Part shown: piece after piece, positions 1-10,570 of the stretch | Layout: each line of letters begins with the position of its first letter | Position numbering within the stretch: the stretch's first letter is position 1 | Assembly (NCBI GenBank): GCA_022360445.1 | Contig: JAKSCV010000075.1 | Location: forward strand, 2,988 to 66,987 | DNA length: 64,000 nucleotides | Source: Gammaproteobacteria bacterium | GTDB lineage: Bacteria; Pseudomonadota; Gammaproteobacteria; UBA5861 | Direction: 5' to 3' | Translations under genes and position numbers: made by a program | Notes under the pieces: generated by a model | The model's database searches: none | Told to the model about the DNA's origin: nothing | What the model saw: only the letters and a program-made list of their open reading frames with translations

Positions 1-753
1 TAAAAACAAAATATTTGATGTATCAACTTGCAAAAACTCTTGCTGAGGGTGCTTACGCCCACCTTGAGGAGGGACTGATGCTACAGTGCCCTCAATCAAT
101 TTCAGCAATGCTTGCTGCACACCCTCACCCGATACATCTCGAGTGATCGAAGGGTTATCAGACTTACGTGAAATCTTATCGATCTCGTCGATATAGACAA
201 TACCAGTTTGTGCCTTTTCAACGTCATAGTCACATTTTTGCAGCAGTTTTTGGATGATATTTTCAACGTCTTCACCAACATATCCCGCTTCGGTCAAAGT
301 TGTTGCGTCTGCAATCGTAAAGGGCACATTAAGTAACCGCGCCAGTGTTTCCGCTAACAAAGTTTTGCCAGAGCCTGTTGGGCCAATCAGCAAAATATTA
401 CTTTTCGTTAGCTCAACATCATCTTTTCTTAAGCTTAAATCCATACGCTTGTAGTGGTTATAGACAGCCACTGCGAGAACTTTCTTTGCTTGATCTTGCC
501 CGATGACGTAATCGTCAAGAATTTTTTTTATTTCATGAGGCTTAGGCAGTTTTTTTGAAGAAGACTCTTCGGCAGCCTTTTCAGCCATTTCTTCTCGGAT
601 AATGTCATTACAAAGCTCAACACACTCATCACAAACAAAAACAGACGGACCAGCAATTAGTTTTCTGACTTCGTGCTGACTCTTGCCGCAAAAAGAACAA
701 TAAAGCAGCTTACCATCATCCTTTCCTTTACCTCTGTTACCGTCATCACTCAT
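1..753 (-). CDS. clpX: ATP-dependent Clp protease ATP-binding subunit ClpX (5' part only; the C-terminus lies beyond the window start). The N-terminal zinc-finger CxxC..CxxC and Walker A are present.
   Basis: The minus-strand translation starts [24 protein letters not shown] and carries [18 protein letters not shown] and [12 protein letters not shown]. The ATG at 751-753 is preceded by an AGGAG-like SD. Gene order clpP-clpX is conserved. Confidence 0.9.
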   Translation of the reverse strand, partial: MSDDGNRGKGKDDGKLLYCSFCGKSQHEVRKLIAGPSVFVCDECVELCNDIIREEMAEKAAEESSSKKLPKPHEIKKILDDYVIGQDQAKKVLAVAVYNHYKRMDLSLRKDDVELTKSNILLIGPTGSGKTLLAETLARLLNVPFTIADATTLTEAGYVGEDVENIIQKLLQKCDYDVEKAQTGIVYIDEIDKISRKSDNPSITRDVSGEGVQQALLKLIEGTVASVPPQGGRKHPQQEFLQVDTSNILFL

Positions 754-891
754 AACTAAACCTCTGCTACAGTCGCATAACACATACAATGCGTTCTCAA
801 AGTATTTTTTTCAACCGCCATTCGTCGACAGAATGAAGATGGGATATGCGATCACTTAATTGAGTATACTCTAAAGTGGAGTTAATCCGCT

Positions 892-1524
892 TTAGCCTTC
901 TCGTGTCACAAGCACTTTATCGATCAGGCCATACTTCGTTGCTTCATCAGCGCTCATAAAATTATCCCGCTCTGTATCTTCTGCGATCTTTTCAACCGTT
1001 TGGCCGGTGTGCTGAGCTAGCACGTTATTGAGTTTATCGCGAATTTTCAATATTTCCCTTGCATGGATATCAAAGTCAGAGGCCTGTCCCTGAAAACCAC
1101 CCAGTGGTTGATGGATCATGACTCTCGAATGTGGCAGAGCAAACCGCTTATCCTTTGCCCCTGCCGCGAGCAATACGGCACCCATACTTGCTGCCTGACC
1201 AACACATAAAGTAGCAACGTTCGGTTTAATGAATTGCATAGTGTCATAAATAGACATACCAGCTGTTACCGAACCACCAGGCGAGTTAATATACAGAGAG
1301 ATATCTTTATCAGGGTTTTCAGATTCCAAATACAGGAGCTGGGCAACAATGAGGTTCGCCATATGATCCTCAACGGGACCCACAAGGAAAATAACTCTTT
1401 CTTTCAGTAGTCTTGAATAAATATCGTAAGCACGCTCGCCTCTTGGACTTTGCTCAACAACCATGGGCACTAGCCCGCCCGAAGCTTGCGGCGTGCTTTT
1501 CAAGATACTGTTGAAATCATTCAC
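892..1524 (-). CDS. clpP: ATP-dependent Clp protease proteolytic subunit ClpP
   Basis: The 210-aa ORF carries the ClpP Ser/His/Asp context ([13 protein letters not shown]). It lies immediately upstream of clpX and downstream of tig, the conserved tig-clpP-clpX order. Confidence 0.95.
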   Translation of the reverse strand: MNDFNSILKSTPQASGGLVPMVVEQSPRGERAYDIYSRLLKERVIFLVGPVEDHMANLIVAQLLYLESENPDKDISLYINSPGGSVTAGMSIYDTMQFIKPNVATLCVGQAASMGAVLLAAGAKDKRFALPHSRVMIHQPLGGFQGQASDFDIHAREILKIRDKLNNVLAQHTGQTVEKIAEDTERDNFMSADEATKYGLIDKVLVTREG

Positions 1525-1568
1525 TGTTTTATCACTCCTTTTCAGTTAGAACACGACGGCAGTACTGA

Positions 1569-2870
1569 CTACCCTCGTTTAACTATCGACCGGAAGTCGC
1601 TTTCCTTGTCAGTTACTTTTGCTTTATCAAGAACCCACTCAGCGGTCTTCTGTTCAACAACCATGCCTTCAATATTACTAAGTAGTTCCTGATTTTGATA
1701 GTAGTAGTTGACCACCTGTTCTGGCTCTTGGTAACTGGACGCTAATTTTTCAATAAAGTTCCGAACATCGTTCGCTGTTGCCGTGATGTTTTCCTGCTGA
1801 CTCAATTCACTGACAATCAAACCAAGCTTAACCCGGCGTTCAGCATCGCCTTTAAACAACTCATCTTCTAGCTGAGGTAAATTTCCGGACTGACCCTGGG
1901 CACCTAACCGTTGCATGAATTGTTGTTTCATGCGACCAATCTCTTCATTGACCATGGAGGTTGGCACAGGAATGTCATTTATTTCTAGAAGCCCATCCAT
2001 CACTTGCTGCTTGATAGAGGATTCGATTGCCTGTTCCAGCTCCCGCTCCATATTTTTACGAACAGTTTCCTTCAGTTCCTCTATGCCACCATTCTCCACA
2101 CCAAATGCTTTAATGAAGGTCTCATCAACTTCTGGTAGAATAGAGGCTTGTACTGTATGCACTTTTACTTCAAAGACAGCTTCCTTTCCCGCTAAATTTT
2201 CGGCTTGATAATCCTCCGGGAAAGTAACAGTTATGTTCTTCTCATCATTCGCAGAAACACCTGTAAGTTGATCCTCAAAACCTGGGATCATAGATCCAGA
2301 ACCGAGGACCAGGTTGAAATTGTCAGATGCACCTCCTTCAAAAGCTTCACCCTCAATCGAGCCCTTGAAATCAATGACTACTTGATCACCTTCGGTCGCT
2401 GCCCGATCAGCATCTTCCCAGGTCGCTCGCTGCTGCCGTAACTCTTCGACCATTTCATCAACATCTTTATCCGTCACTCCAGCACTAGGTTTATCAACTT
2501 CAATGCTATCGGGAGACGCTAATTCAATTTCTGGGAAAACTTCAAACGTTGCCATGTATTCAAAATCTTTCCCGGCAACAATTTCGCCTGGCGCAATATC
2601 CGGAAAACCGGCAGGACGAAGCGCCTGCTCTTTAATAGCTTCTTGAAAGCTTTCTTGAATAACTTCACCCAGCACTTCTTGTTGAACCTGAGCACCGTAG
2701 CGGGCTTCAATCACTTTTGCAGGTACTTTTCCCGGCCTAAAGCCTTTGATTTTGACAGTTCTACTCAGGTCTGTAATTTTTTTATTTACCGCACTGTCGA
2801 TTCGCTCAGCGGGTATTTCAACTTTAAGTTTACGTTCCAAACCATCAGAACTTTCCAGGGATACTTGCAT
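1569..2870 (-). CDS. tig: Trigger factor (ribosome-associated PPIase chaperone)
   Basis: The 433-aa ORF has an N-terminus (MQVSLE..GLERKLKVEIPAERID) and FKBP-type middle domain typical of Tig. Synteny with clpP-clpX supports the call. Confidence 0.93.
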   Translation of the reverse strand: MQVSLESSDGLERKLKVEIPAERIDSAVNKKITDLSRTVKIKGFRPGKVPAKVIEARYGAQVQQEVLGEVIQESFQEAIKEQALRPAGFPDIAPGEIVAGKDFEYMATFEVFPEIELASPDSIEVDKPSAGVTDKDVDEMVEELRQQRATWEDADRAATEGDQVVIDFKGSIEGEAFEGGASDNFNLVLGSGSMIPGFEDQLTGVSANDEKNITVTFPEDYQAENLAGKEAVFEVKVHTVQASILPEVDETFIKAFGVENGGIEELKETVRKNMERELEQAIESSIKQQVMDGLLEINDIPVPTSMVNEEIGRMKQQFMQRLGAQGQSGNLPQLEDELFKGDAERRVKLGLIVSELSQQENITATANDVRNFIEKLASSYQEPEQVVNYYYQNQELLSNIEGMVVEQKTAEWVLDKAKVTDKESDFRSIVKRG

Positions 2871-3020
2871 GATTCACCTCAGACTTTGCGCCGCGTATTC
2901 GTTAACCAAAAACGACGCCTCATTAGAAATTAAACGTTGAACTAAAATTTAGGCCCCCGACCCTGTCCAGGCGATATTCTCTGTACCTGCTTAAAACGGA
3001 GCCACTAAATTCAGGAACTT

Positions 3021-3105
<85 letters not shown>

Positions 3106-3197
3106 TAAAACAGTTAAACTCGAGATTGTAACTCAACCAGAAGATGAAATTCTAATACTGGGCGACAGTAGCACGATAATTCATTCGTGCTAGCAGG

Positions 3198-3274
3198 TGG
3201 GGTGGACGATGGGGATCGAACCCACGACAACAGGAATCACAATCCTGCGCTCTACCAACTGAGCTACGCCCACC
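3198..3274 (-). tRNA. tRNA-His (anticodon GUG) with the characteristic extra 5' G(-1)
   Basis: The reverse complement GGTGGGCGTAGCTCAGTTGGTAGAGCGCAGGATTGTGATTCCTG...CCACCCCA is near-identical in architecture to E. coli hisR. The anticodon loop is TTGTGAT. Confidence 0.9.
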
Positions 3275-3293
3275 ATTGTTCTCTAGCGACCTT

Positions 3294-3370
3294 TGGCACG
3301 CCCGGCAGGATTCGAACCTGCTACCCTCGGCTTAGAAGGCCGATGCTCTATCCAAATGAGCTACGGGCGC
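3294..3370 (-). tRNA. tRNA-Arg (anticodon UCU)
   Basis: The reverse complement GCGCCCGTAGCTCATTTGGATAGAGCATCGGCCTTCTAAGCCGAGGGTAGCAGGTTCGAATCCTGCCGGGCGTGCCA resembles E. coli argU. The anticodon loop is CTTCTAA. Confidence 0.9.
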
Positions 3371-3389
3371 ATTCCAAATAACGCCAAGG

Positions 3390-3466
3390 TGGTCGGGGCA
3401 GCAGGATTCGAACCTGCGACCCTCTGCTCCCAAAGCAGATACGCTACCAGGCTGCGCTATGCCCCG
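3390..3466 (-). tRNA. tRNA-Pro (anticodon UGG)
   Basis: The reverse complement CGGGGCATAGCGCAGCCTGGTAGCGTATCTGCTTTGGGAGCAGAGGGTCGCAGGTTCGAATCCTGCTGCCCCGACCA has acceptor 5' CGGGGCA pairing 3' TGCCCCG. The anticodon loop is TTGGGAG. Confidence 0.88.
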
Positions 3467-3533
3467 ACCGAAGAGGACAATTCTAAGGAAGCGAATGGAT
3501 TACGTCAATCTGAAATTACACGCTTGTAAGGAG

Positions 3534-4952
3534 TTAGAGGCTGTTTTGCGCCTGGATCATTGAGATTGCATCAGCTATCCGCTTCAGTGTTCGCTTTCGA
3601 CCAACTAGAAACAAAGTGATCTCAATCGATGGGGATGAGCTCCCCCCAGTTAACGCTACTCTTAACGGTTGACCTATTTTACCCATGCTTACATTTAGGC
3701 TTTCTGCCGCCTGTAAAATTGTTTGCTTGATAATCTCGGGCGTCCACATCTCATCCTCTAATTCAGTAAATGCACTGTTTATTGCTTGCAAGGGCTGAAG
3801 TGCCTTTTCACCAAAGCATTTCTTTATTGCTTTTTCATCATACGTTCCAATTTCCTGAAACAGGTAGACTGAACTCTGGGCAATGTCCTTCAAGGTTTTC
3901 TCTCTATCTTTATAAGAGGCAATAACCTTCGTTAATGCAGGTCCCTCAGAAGTATTGACTCCCATCGCCGTAAAATTTGTCTGCAGCTCATTTGCAAGAA
4001 ACTGCTCATCGCCTTCTTTTATGTACAGCTGATTCAACCACAAGAGCTTTTCTGGATTAAATACTGAGCCGGCTTTGTTGACATTTTCTATTTCGAACAG
4101 ATCTATCATTTCATTCCGGGAAAAAATCTCCTTGTCTCCTGCTGACCAGCCAAGCCTAACAAGATAGTTGACCAGTGCTTCAGCCAGGTAACCTTCTTCA
4201 CGGTATTGCAGGACACTGACTGCACCGTGCCTTTTAGAAAGGCGTTTACCATCTTCCCCCAAAATCATGGGAACATGTGCGTACCGAGGTATCTGTGCAC
4301 CTATGGCGTTAAGCAAGTGGATTTGTTTCGGTGTGTTACTGATATGATCTTCACCACGGACTACGTGGGAGATTTCCATATCATTGTCATCCACAGCAAC
4401 GGTTAAATTATAAGTTGGCGACCCATCGCTACGGGCAATAATCAAATCATCCAACTCGGTATTTTTAATTTCGATGGGCCCGCGAATTAGATCATTAAAA
4501 ATAACAGAGCCATCTAAAGGTGTTTTGAAACGAACCACACAGTCGCCACTCTGGCCAGGTTTGATATTTAAGCCCCGACAACGACGGTCATACCGCGGCT
4601 TAACACCGGCTTGTATTTGCTGCTCCCGCATTTGCGCCAAGAGCTCTTTGGAGCAATTGCAGTAATAAGCATGGCCGTCTGCCAATAGTTTTTGTATGAC
4701 TTGGTTGTAGCGACCATACCGGTCAGTCTGATAAAACGGGCCTTCATCATAATCCAGTCCTAACCAGTCCATGCTTTGCAAAATGGCATCTACCGCAGCT
4801 TGCGTTGAACGCTCCTGGTCCGTATCTTCTATTCGCAAAACAAACTGCCCACCTGTTTTTCGAGCAAGCAGCCACGAAAAAAGCGCTGTCCGAGCCCCAC
4901 CTATGTGTAGATAACCTGTTGGACTCGGCGCAAAACGTGTTCGAATCTTCAT
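3534..4952 (-). CDS. gltX: Glutamyl-tRNA synthetase
   Basis: The 472-aa ORF starts [25 protein letters not shown] (HIGH motif) and carries a KMSKS-like LSKRHG. Its size and domain order match GluRS. Confidence 0.93.
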   Translation of the reverse strand: MKIRTRFAPSPTGYLHIGGARTALFSWLLARKTGGQFVLRIEDTDQERSTQAAVDAILQSMDWLGLDYDEGPFYQTDRYGRYNQVIQKLLADGHAYYCNCSKELLAQMREQQIQAGVKPRYDRRCRGLNIKPGQSGDCVVRFKTPLDGSVIFNDLIRGPIEIKNTELDDLIIARSDGSPTYNLTVAVDDNDMEISHVVRGEDHISNTPKQIHLLNAIGAQIPRYAHVPMILGEDGKRLSKRHGAVSVLQYREEGYLAEALVNYLVRLGWSAGDKEIFSRNEMIDLFEIENVNKAGSVFNPEKLLWLNQLYIKEGDEQFLANELQTNFTAMGVNTSEGPALTKVIASYKDREKTLKDIAQSSVYLFQEIGTYDEKAIKKCFGEKALQPLQAINSAFTELEDEMWTPEIIKQTILQAAESLNVSMGKIGQPLRVALTGGSSSPSIEITLFLVGRKRTLKRIADAISMIQAQNSL

Positions 4953-5164
4953 CTATAGCCTCAAAATATTGATCAAATCTTAACGCAAACTACTATTAAG
5001 CCTGTTTAAGTTTAACGGCTGATGGCCGAAACCTTGTTTACCAATAAACATCTAACAAGCTAACTACTCATTTCTGCAATGTAATAGAAGAGTTGTACAT
5101 TCAAAGGCACGCATAATACGCTGATTATCCCCTGTCGCATAACACTATAGAAACATATACAAAG

Positions 5165-5884
5165 ATGTCATCGCTCAAATGGAACTCCTCTGCACAAACT
5201 CATACAGGTTACGTGCGTCAGCACAATGAAGATGCTTACCTCGACGCCAGAGAACAATGCCTGTGGGTTGTTGCCGATGGAATGGGAGGGCACAATGCCG
5301 GCGACTTGGCGAGCCAAATAATCATTGAGAACCTGGTTACTTTTCATCCTCAACAAGATATGACCAAAAGTGTTGATGCCATAGAACAGAGGCTGATTGC
5401 AGCAAATACACAGTGCCGCAAAAATCGTACGGGAAGTCATACCATCATGGGTAGTACGGTCGCTGTACTATATGCACAGGATGAATTTTGTTTTTTTCTA
5501 TGGGCGGGAGATAGCCGAATTTACCGGCTTCGCAATGGTTCACTGAGTCAAATGACAGAGGACCACAGCCTGGTGCAGGAAATGGTAAATATGGGTGAAA
5601 TTAGCCAGACTGAGGCATTAAACCACCCTTCATCAAACGTCATCACACGTGCCATTGGCGTACGCGATCAACTTTTTGTTGATATAGAATACGCTACTGC
5701 GGATAAAGGTGATCGTTTTTTACTTTGTTCAGATGGGCTGAGCAAAGAACTGTCTGCCGAAGACATTGCAAAAACAATGAGTTCAACGCCTGTCGAGCAA
5801 GCCTCAAAAACACTGGTTCAACAGGCACTTGCCAAGGGTGGCAGTGATAACATTACGGCTATCGTTGTACAAGTTGGTTACTGA
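5165..5884 (+). CDS. PP2C-family Ser/Thr protein phosphatase (PrpC/Stp-like), with no cognate kinase gene in the window
   Basis: The 239-aa ORF carries PP2C metal-binding motifs: DGMGGHNAGDLAS, GSTVAVL, GDSRIYRL, LLCSDGL and GGSDNITAIVV. Confidence 0.85.
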   Translation: MSSLKWNSSAQTHTGYVRQHNEDAYLDAREQCLWVVADGMGGHNAGDLASQIIIENLVTFHPQQDMTKSVDAIEQRLIAANTQCRKNRTGSHTIMGSTVAVLYAQDEFCFFLWAGDSRIYRLRNGSLSQMTEDHSLVQEMVNMGEISQTEALNHPSSNVITRAIGVRDQLFVDIEYATADKGDRFLLCSDGLSKELSAEDIAKTMSSTPVEQASKTLVQQALAKGGSDNITAIVVQVGY

Positions 5885-5900
5885 AAAAGTGCACATTCCA

Positions 5901-6716
5901 TTAAATTCGCCGGCGCCTTCGGCGTGTTCGAGGCGCTTCAGATACCAACTTTAATCCACCACCCTTCGCACCCTGAATGCGTGAAGACAATTGAACAGAC
6001 TGGGCCAGTTGATTCACATCGGATGCGCTGAGTTCAAAACGTTTACCCACCCTCAACTCCCGGGGCAACGCAATACTACCAAACCGGACACGAATAAGCC
6101 GGCTTACCTCAACACCTTGCGTAGCCCACATCTTTCGGACTTCACGGTTTCTACCTTCTTGCAAAGTGACATGATACCAACGATTTTGTCCTTCTCCGCC
6201 GGCAAACCGAATGCTTTCAAATTTCGCAGGCCCATCATCCAGTACGACACCGCTCGACAACTGCGCGAGAGCGCCATCAGGCACATCACCACGCACTCTA
6301 ACCGCATATTCACGCTCAATTTGACTGGACGGATGCATGAGGCGATGGGCTAACTCACCGTCATTTGTAAACAGCAAAAGTCCCGCGGTATTAATATCTA
6401 GGCGCCCAACCCCAATCCACCGACTTTGCTGAATTCGAGGTAATGTTTCGTAGACACTACGCCGACCTTCTGGATCACTACGCGTACACACTTCACCTAC
6501 TGGTTTGTGATATAGCACAATACGCCGACGGGCATACCCACTGACCACCCGGTAACGTCGTTCTTTTGCAACAATATGTTCGTTTTCTGTTAGAGCATCG
6601 CCCAAGCGTGCTTTCTTCCCGTTAACCATGACTTGGCCTTCTCGTATCCAGTTTTCGATTTCCCGCCGGGATCCCAAACCTGCATTAGCCAATAATTTTT
6701 GAATACGCTCACTCAC
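5901..6716 (-). CDS. rluB: 23S rRNA pseudouridine synthase RluB (RsuA family) with a basic C-terminal tail
   Basis: The 271-aa ORF has an S4 domain N-terminus (LQKLLANAGLGSRREIENWIREGQV), a catalytic RLD motif (GVGRLDINTAGLLLFTNDGE) and an RTRRRRRRI tail typical of RluB. Confidence 0.85.
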   Translation of the reverse strand: MSERIQKLLANAGLGSRREIENWIREGQVMVNGKKARLGDALTENEHIVAKERRYRVVSGYARRRIVLYHKPVGEVCTRSDPEGRRSVYETLPRIQQSRWIGVGRLDINTAGLLLFTNDGELAHRLMHPSSQIEREYAVRVRGDVPDGALAQLSSGVVLDDGPAKFESIRFAGGEGQNRWYHVTLQEGRNREVRKMWATQGVEVSRLIRVRFGSIALPRELRVGKRFELSASDVNQLAQSVQLSSRIQGAKGGGLKLVSEAPRTRRRRRRI

Positions 6717-6804
6717 GTTTTGCTTCCACTTTGTGACATGACAATTCTAACAGATAAGAAAACCCTGTTATGATTATAAAAATATTAGAAAGAAGGTAAT
6801 TCCT

Positions 6805-7818
6805 ATGCGTTTATACAAAGGTAAGTCGCTGACTCAGCACTTGATTGAAAATCAACGAGCAAATGGCGGATCTGGTGCGTTTAGTGCTGCGCTGAACGGC
6901 GTCATCATGGCTTGTAAACGCATCTCTTCACTAGTTGATAAAGGCGAACTGGTTGGCGTACTCGGTGAAGCCGGCAGTTCCAATATTCAAGGCGAAGATC
7001 AAAAGTTACTGGACATCATCTCGAACGAAACTTTCATCGGCCAAACAGAGTGGGCTGGCTATTTTGCCGGCATGGCATCCGAGGAGATGGAAGATGTTTA
7101 TCATATCCCCGCTGAGTACCCTGTCGGGAAATACTTGATTACTTTTGACCCGCTGGACGGATCATCCAATATCGATGTGAATGTCTCTGTCGGTACGATT
7201 TTCTCCATTCTACGCTGCCCCGAAAATATTGAACGGCCGACAACCGCCGACTTTTTACAGCCAGGAACAAAGCAAATATGTGCCGGTTATTGTTTATATG
7301 GCTCTGCAACAATGATGGTATTAACGATGGGTAACGGCGTGAATGGATACACATTGGATAAGGATATTGGCGCTTTCATCTTAACCCATCCAGATATGAA
7401 AATTCCCGAGTCGACTAATGAGTTCTCAATCAATATGTCCAATATGCGGCATTGGGAAAAACCGGTTAAAAAATACATTAACGAATGCTTGCAAGGCAAA
7501 GAAGGCGCGCGCGGTAAAGACTTTAATATGCGCTGGGTGGCCTCCATGGTTGCCGACGTACACCGGTTACTTGTACGTGGTGGCATTTTCCTCTATCCCT
7601 ATGACGCTAAAGCCGCTGCCAAGGAGATGGGTGGTAAACTGCGCTTGATTTATGAGGCAAATCCTATCAGTTTTATTGTTGAACAAGCCGGAGGGCTCGC
7701 CAGTACAGGCAGAGAGCGCATCATGGACATTACCCCGTCTGAATTGCATCAGCGCATTCCTGTTGTTATGGGCTCTAGGGAAGAGGTACAACACGTCATT
7801 AACCTACACAGGGCATAA
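6805..7818 (+). CDS. fbp: Fructose-1,6-bisphosphatase class 1
   Basis: The 337-aa ORF carries the FBPase metal site [21 protein letters not shown], and the [21 protein letters not shown] region is conserved. Confidence 0.92.
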   Translation: MRLYKGKSLTQHLIENQRANGGSGAFSAALNGVIMACKRISSLVDKGELVGVLGEAGSSNIQGEDQKLLDIISNETFIGQTEWAGYFAGMASEEMEDVYHIPAEYPVGKYLITFDPLDGSSNIDVNVSVGTIFSILRCPENIERPTTADFLQPGTKQICAGYCLYGSATMMVLTMGNGVNGYTLDKDIGAFILTHPDMKIPESTNEFSINMSNMRHWEKPVKKYINECLQGKEGARGKDFNMRWVASMVADVHRLLVRGGIFLYPYDAKAAAKEMGGKLRLIYEANPISFIVEQAGGLASTGRERIMDITPSELHQRIPVVMGSREEVQHVINLHRA

Positions 7819-7823
7819 CAAAG

Positions 7824-9149
7824 TCAATCAGCCACACAAACAGACGGGCCAATAATATAAGGCTGGCGGGTATTTTCTAAGACACTGAACCAGAAATCAC
7901 TTTGCAGGTCTACTTGGCGCACTTCTCCTTCCAGAGCACTCATCGGAACATGAGTTAAATGGCCATGCCAGTTCCCAATCAGCATGCCACCTTTCCCTGC
8001 CATCGCAGCATGAGCCGCTGCCCTCGCCAAATGATCACAATAAATTTTGTCGCTAAAATTCGGCGGCGTGGAACGGATGATATAACTCGGATCAATATAT
8101 TTAAGCGTGACAGGGAAGCCAACATCTAAAAAGTGGGTATTCAGCCTATCTCGAAGGTACGCACCAATATCTCCAGGCTTAGTATTGCCTGAAGCATCTT
8201 TAATTAGCTCTTCACGCCGAAAAAACTGCTGTCCCGCTCCTTCAGCGACCACAATAACGACCTGCCGCCTTCGGCGTAACCTTTCTTTCACCAAAGCAAA
8301 TAGACCATTATCCCCTTCCAGCTCAAAAGGAGATTCCGGTATTAAGCAAAAATCAGCATTACCCGAAGCGAGTACGGCATTCGCTGTGATATATCCAGAG
8401 TAGCGTCCCATCAGTTTAACCAAGCCGATACCATAAGGGGCCCCACGCGACTCAACATGTGCCGCATTGACAACTTTTGCAGCTTCTTTAACAGCCGTTT
8501 CGTATCCGAAAGAGCGGTGAACATAAGGAATATCGTTGTCGATCGTTTTTGGCACACCAATAACTGCTAGCTGCAACCCTCGCCGGCGGACTTCCTGCCA
8601 GATCGCATGACCACCGCGCATTGAGCCATCACCGCCGATGATGAACAACATATCGACTTTGAGTGCCTCGAGTTTATTAACCATTTCGTCTACAGGCGGT
8701 GCGCCCCGGGATGTCCCCAGCATAGTCCCACCGACAGAATGAATGTCCCTGACCCAGTCTGGGTTCAGTTTCACGATTTCTTCCGAGTCATTCCGGAGAC
8801 CATTGTAGCCATAGCGCACCCCAAAAATCTGTTTGCAGTGGTAAAAATACCAAAGCTGTAAAACGATGCCCCGGATAACCGCATTCAGCCCTGGACACAA
8901 GCCGCCGCACGTTAATATAGCCGCACGACATTTTTCACCCTGGAAAAAAATATTTTCTCTAGGACCTGCAACTTCAAACCCTGCTGGAAGCCCCTGCTCA
9001 TCTACTTCACCTTGAAATTTGGATAACAGATGGTGATAAAGAACACGCTCGGAGTCAGAGTGGAACTTAAAATAACTGGCTGTACTCGCAGTGTTAGGAA
9101 TAACAGTATCACCTAAACTTTCAATCTCAAATGACACACCCTTCTTCAT
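7824..9149 (-). CDS. 6-phosphofructokinase, long (about 440 aa) PfkA-family form. This form is often PPi-dependent, but phosphoryl-donor specificity cannot be determined from sequence here.
   Basis: The 441-aa ORF carries PFK signatures ILTCGGLCPGLNAVIRG, IGGDGS and MGR. It is convergent with fbp, only 5 bp from fbp's stop. Confidence 0.8.
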   Translation of the reverse strand: MKKGVSFEIESLGDTVIPNTASTASYFKFHSDSERVLYHHLLSKFQGEVDEQGLPAGFEVAGPRENIFFQGEKCRAAILTCGGLCPGLNAVIRGIVLQLWYFYHCKQIFGVRYGYNGLRNDSEEIVKLNPDWVRDIHSVGGTMLGTSRGAPPVDEMVNKLEALKVDMLFIIGGDGSMRGGHAIWQEVRRRGLQLAVIGVPKTIDNDIPYVHRSFGYETAVKEAAKVVNAAHVESRGAPYGIGLVKLMGRYSGYITANAVLASGNADFCLIPESPFELEGDNGLFALVKERLRRRRQVVIVVAEGAGQQFFRREELIKDASGNTKPGDIGAYLRDRLNTHFLDVGFPVTLKYIDPSYIIRSTPPNFSDKIYCDHLARAAAHAAMAGKGGMLIGNWHGHLTHVPMSALEGEVRQVDLQSDFWFSVLENTRQPYIIGPSVCVAD

Positions 9150-9415
9150 TTGTCACACCCTTTTTACATCACCTTCGTAGACTTATATACCACGTTTTTA
9201 TAACAAGTGGACGGGGCTTTTTTAAAGCTCGTTAAAATAAAGAGTATTTATCGGAAAAATTAACAGGCTCACAAAATCATGCATCCCAACATACACCGAA
9301 CGACAGTGATTAAAATTTTGTGAAATGGTAGTTCTAACATTGTGAAACACGATGATAACCTTCGTATAGATCATATAAACACACCTCTTGAATCTCTCAA
9401 ATCTTAGGAAAAACA

Positions 9416-10408
9416 ATGGCGCTATTTTCATTCTCACCTGCAGACTACGTGGACGAATTTAATAAAAATGGCTATGTGCATATCAAAAATGGAGTCAACC
9501 TTGAAAATCTGGCGTATATCCAAGCAAAAACAAAAGAACTGACAGCCGACCAAAATGACCTGAAAGAGTGGGAATTTAAGGGCAAAAAGCAGCAATATCT
9601 ATTCGACTTTCCGGCAGAATGGAACTTTCCGGAAGCCATTTTTCAGCCACTAGCTTCTGTCGCGAGCATGCCTTATGAAACTTTTACGATGTGTGAGCGC
9701 CATATAAAAGTCTATGATAAGTCAGCAAAACCCAGTGTGCCTCCACACAAAGATCGTGTTGCTGCTGAGCTAACCGTTGGTATTCCTTTATTTATGCCAG
9801 AAGGATCTGAGTCACACCTTGTTCTTTGGCCCAATGATGCGCTTGATGTCAACCCACTGAATACCACAGCTCTTTGGCGTTCAAGCCTTGACGAGCAAGA
9901 TCTTCCTGAAAATCGTCTGGCAGACATTGAGCCCGTCCGCGTCTACACCGAACCAGGTGATGTCATTATGTTCCGGGGCAGTTCCATCTACCATGAACGT
10001 GAATACCCCGCAGATACTGCATTACTCTATCTAAAATTTAACGCCATGCGGTTGGACCCTTTGAATGAAGACCCGTCAACGAGCTTACAAGAAGACTTAT
10101 CACTAAAGAACTTATCTGAAAAGACAGACAACGAATTACTGGACTGTGCAGTGGAAGTCTCACCCAAGCTATACCGAATCAGCCGACACTACACCCGCCT
10201 CCACTGGAAGGAGGTTATTCAGGCTTATGTAACGGATGAAAAGGAATTTAACGTATCTGAACTTGAACTACGCATCTTTAAAGAGGCAGAAAACAAACGC
10301 AGTGTCAGAGAGATTATCGCTCGGCTGGGTATTCCAGGACCAGAAGCCATTAATTATGTTCCAACATTTAGACGCTTAGGGGCGCTCAAAGGCCTTCACT
10401 TTATTTAA
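9416..10408 (+). CDS. Hypothetical protein, possibly a non-haem Fe(II)/2-oxoglutarate oxygenase of the PhyH-like superfamily (assignment tentative)
   Basis: The 330-aa ORF has a candidate HxD...H triad (PPHKDRV, then SSIYHERE after a beta-rich stretch VRVYTEPGDVIMFRG). Its SD and ATG are clean. It has lower GC than its neighbours and is the first gene of a four-gene same-strand cassette. Confidence 0.4.
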   Translation: MALFSFSPADYVDEFNKNGYVHIKNGVNLENLAYIQAKTKELTADQNDLKEWEFKGKKQQYLFDFPAEWNFPEAIFQPLASVASMPYETFTMCERHIKVYDKSAKPSVPPHKDRVAAELTVGIPLFMPEGSESHLVLWPNDALDVNPLNTTALWRSSLDEQDLPENRLADIEPVRVYTEPGDVIMFRGSSIYHEREYPADTALLYLKFNAMRLDPLNEDPSTSLQEDLSLKNLSEKTDNELLDCAVEVSPKLYRISRHYTRLHWKEVIQAYVTDEKEFNVSELELRIFKEAENKRSVREIIARLGIPGPEAINYVPTFRRLGALKGLHFI

Positions 10409-10570
10409 TGGCCCAAGCGCACCAATGGGCACTGTGCCGTCTGACAATCTGGCACGGTGCCTATACTTTCTCCCCTTGTGAAAGTGTACTTCCATTTTTT
10501 GAAACAGATCTTTGTATATCGAACGCTATAACAAACAACGCGACACAAAAACAACTTAACGGACGATAAA

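Noticed and set aside
254-454. 66-aa plus-strand ORF at the window start
   Set aside because: It lies entirely antisense within the well-supported clpX coding region and has no motifs. It is a typical shadow ORF.
1915-2933. Several 63-97 aa ORFs on both strands inside tig
   Set aside because: They overlap the trigger factor gene in alternative frames and are low-complexity. They are rejected as frame shadows.
9222-9437. 71-aa minus-strand ORF in the AT-rich pfk/oxygenase intergenic region
   Set aside because: It has an AT-rich, Phe/Ile/Asn-biased translation with no RBS. This is the divergent promoter region, so it is more likely non-coding. A precursor peptide was considered, but it is on the wrong strand relative to the cassette and has no conserved core-like motif.
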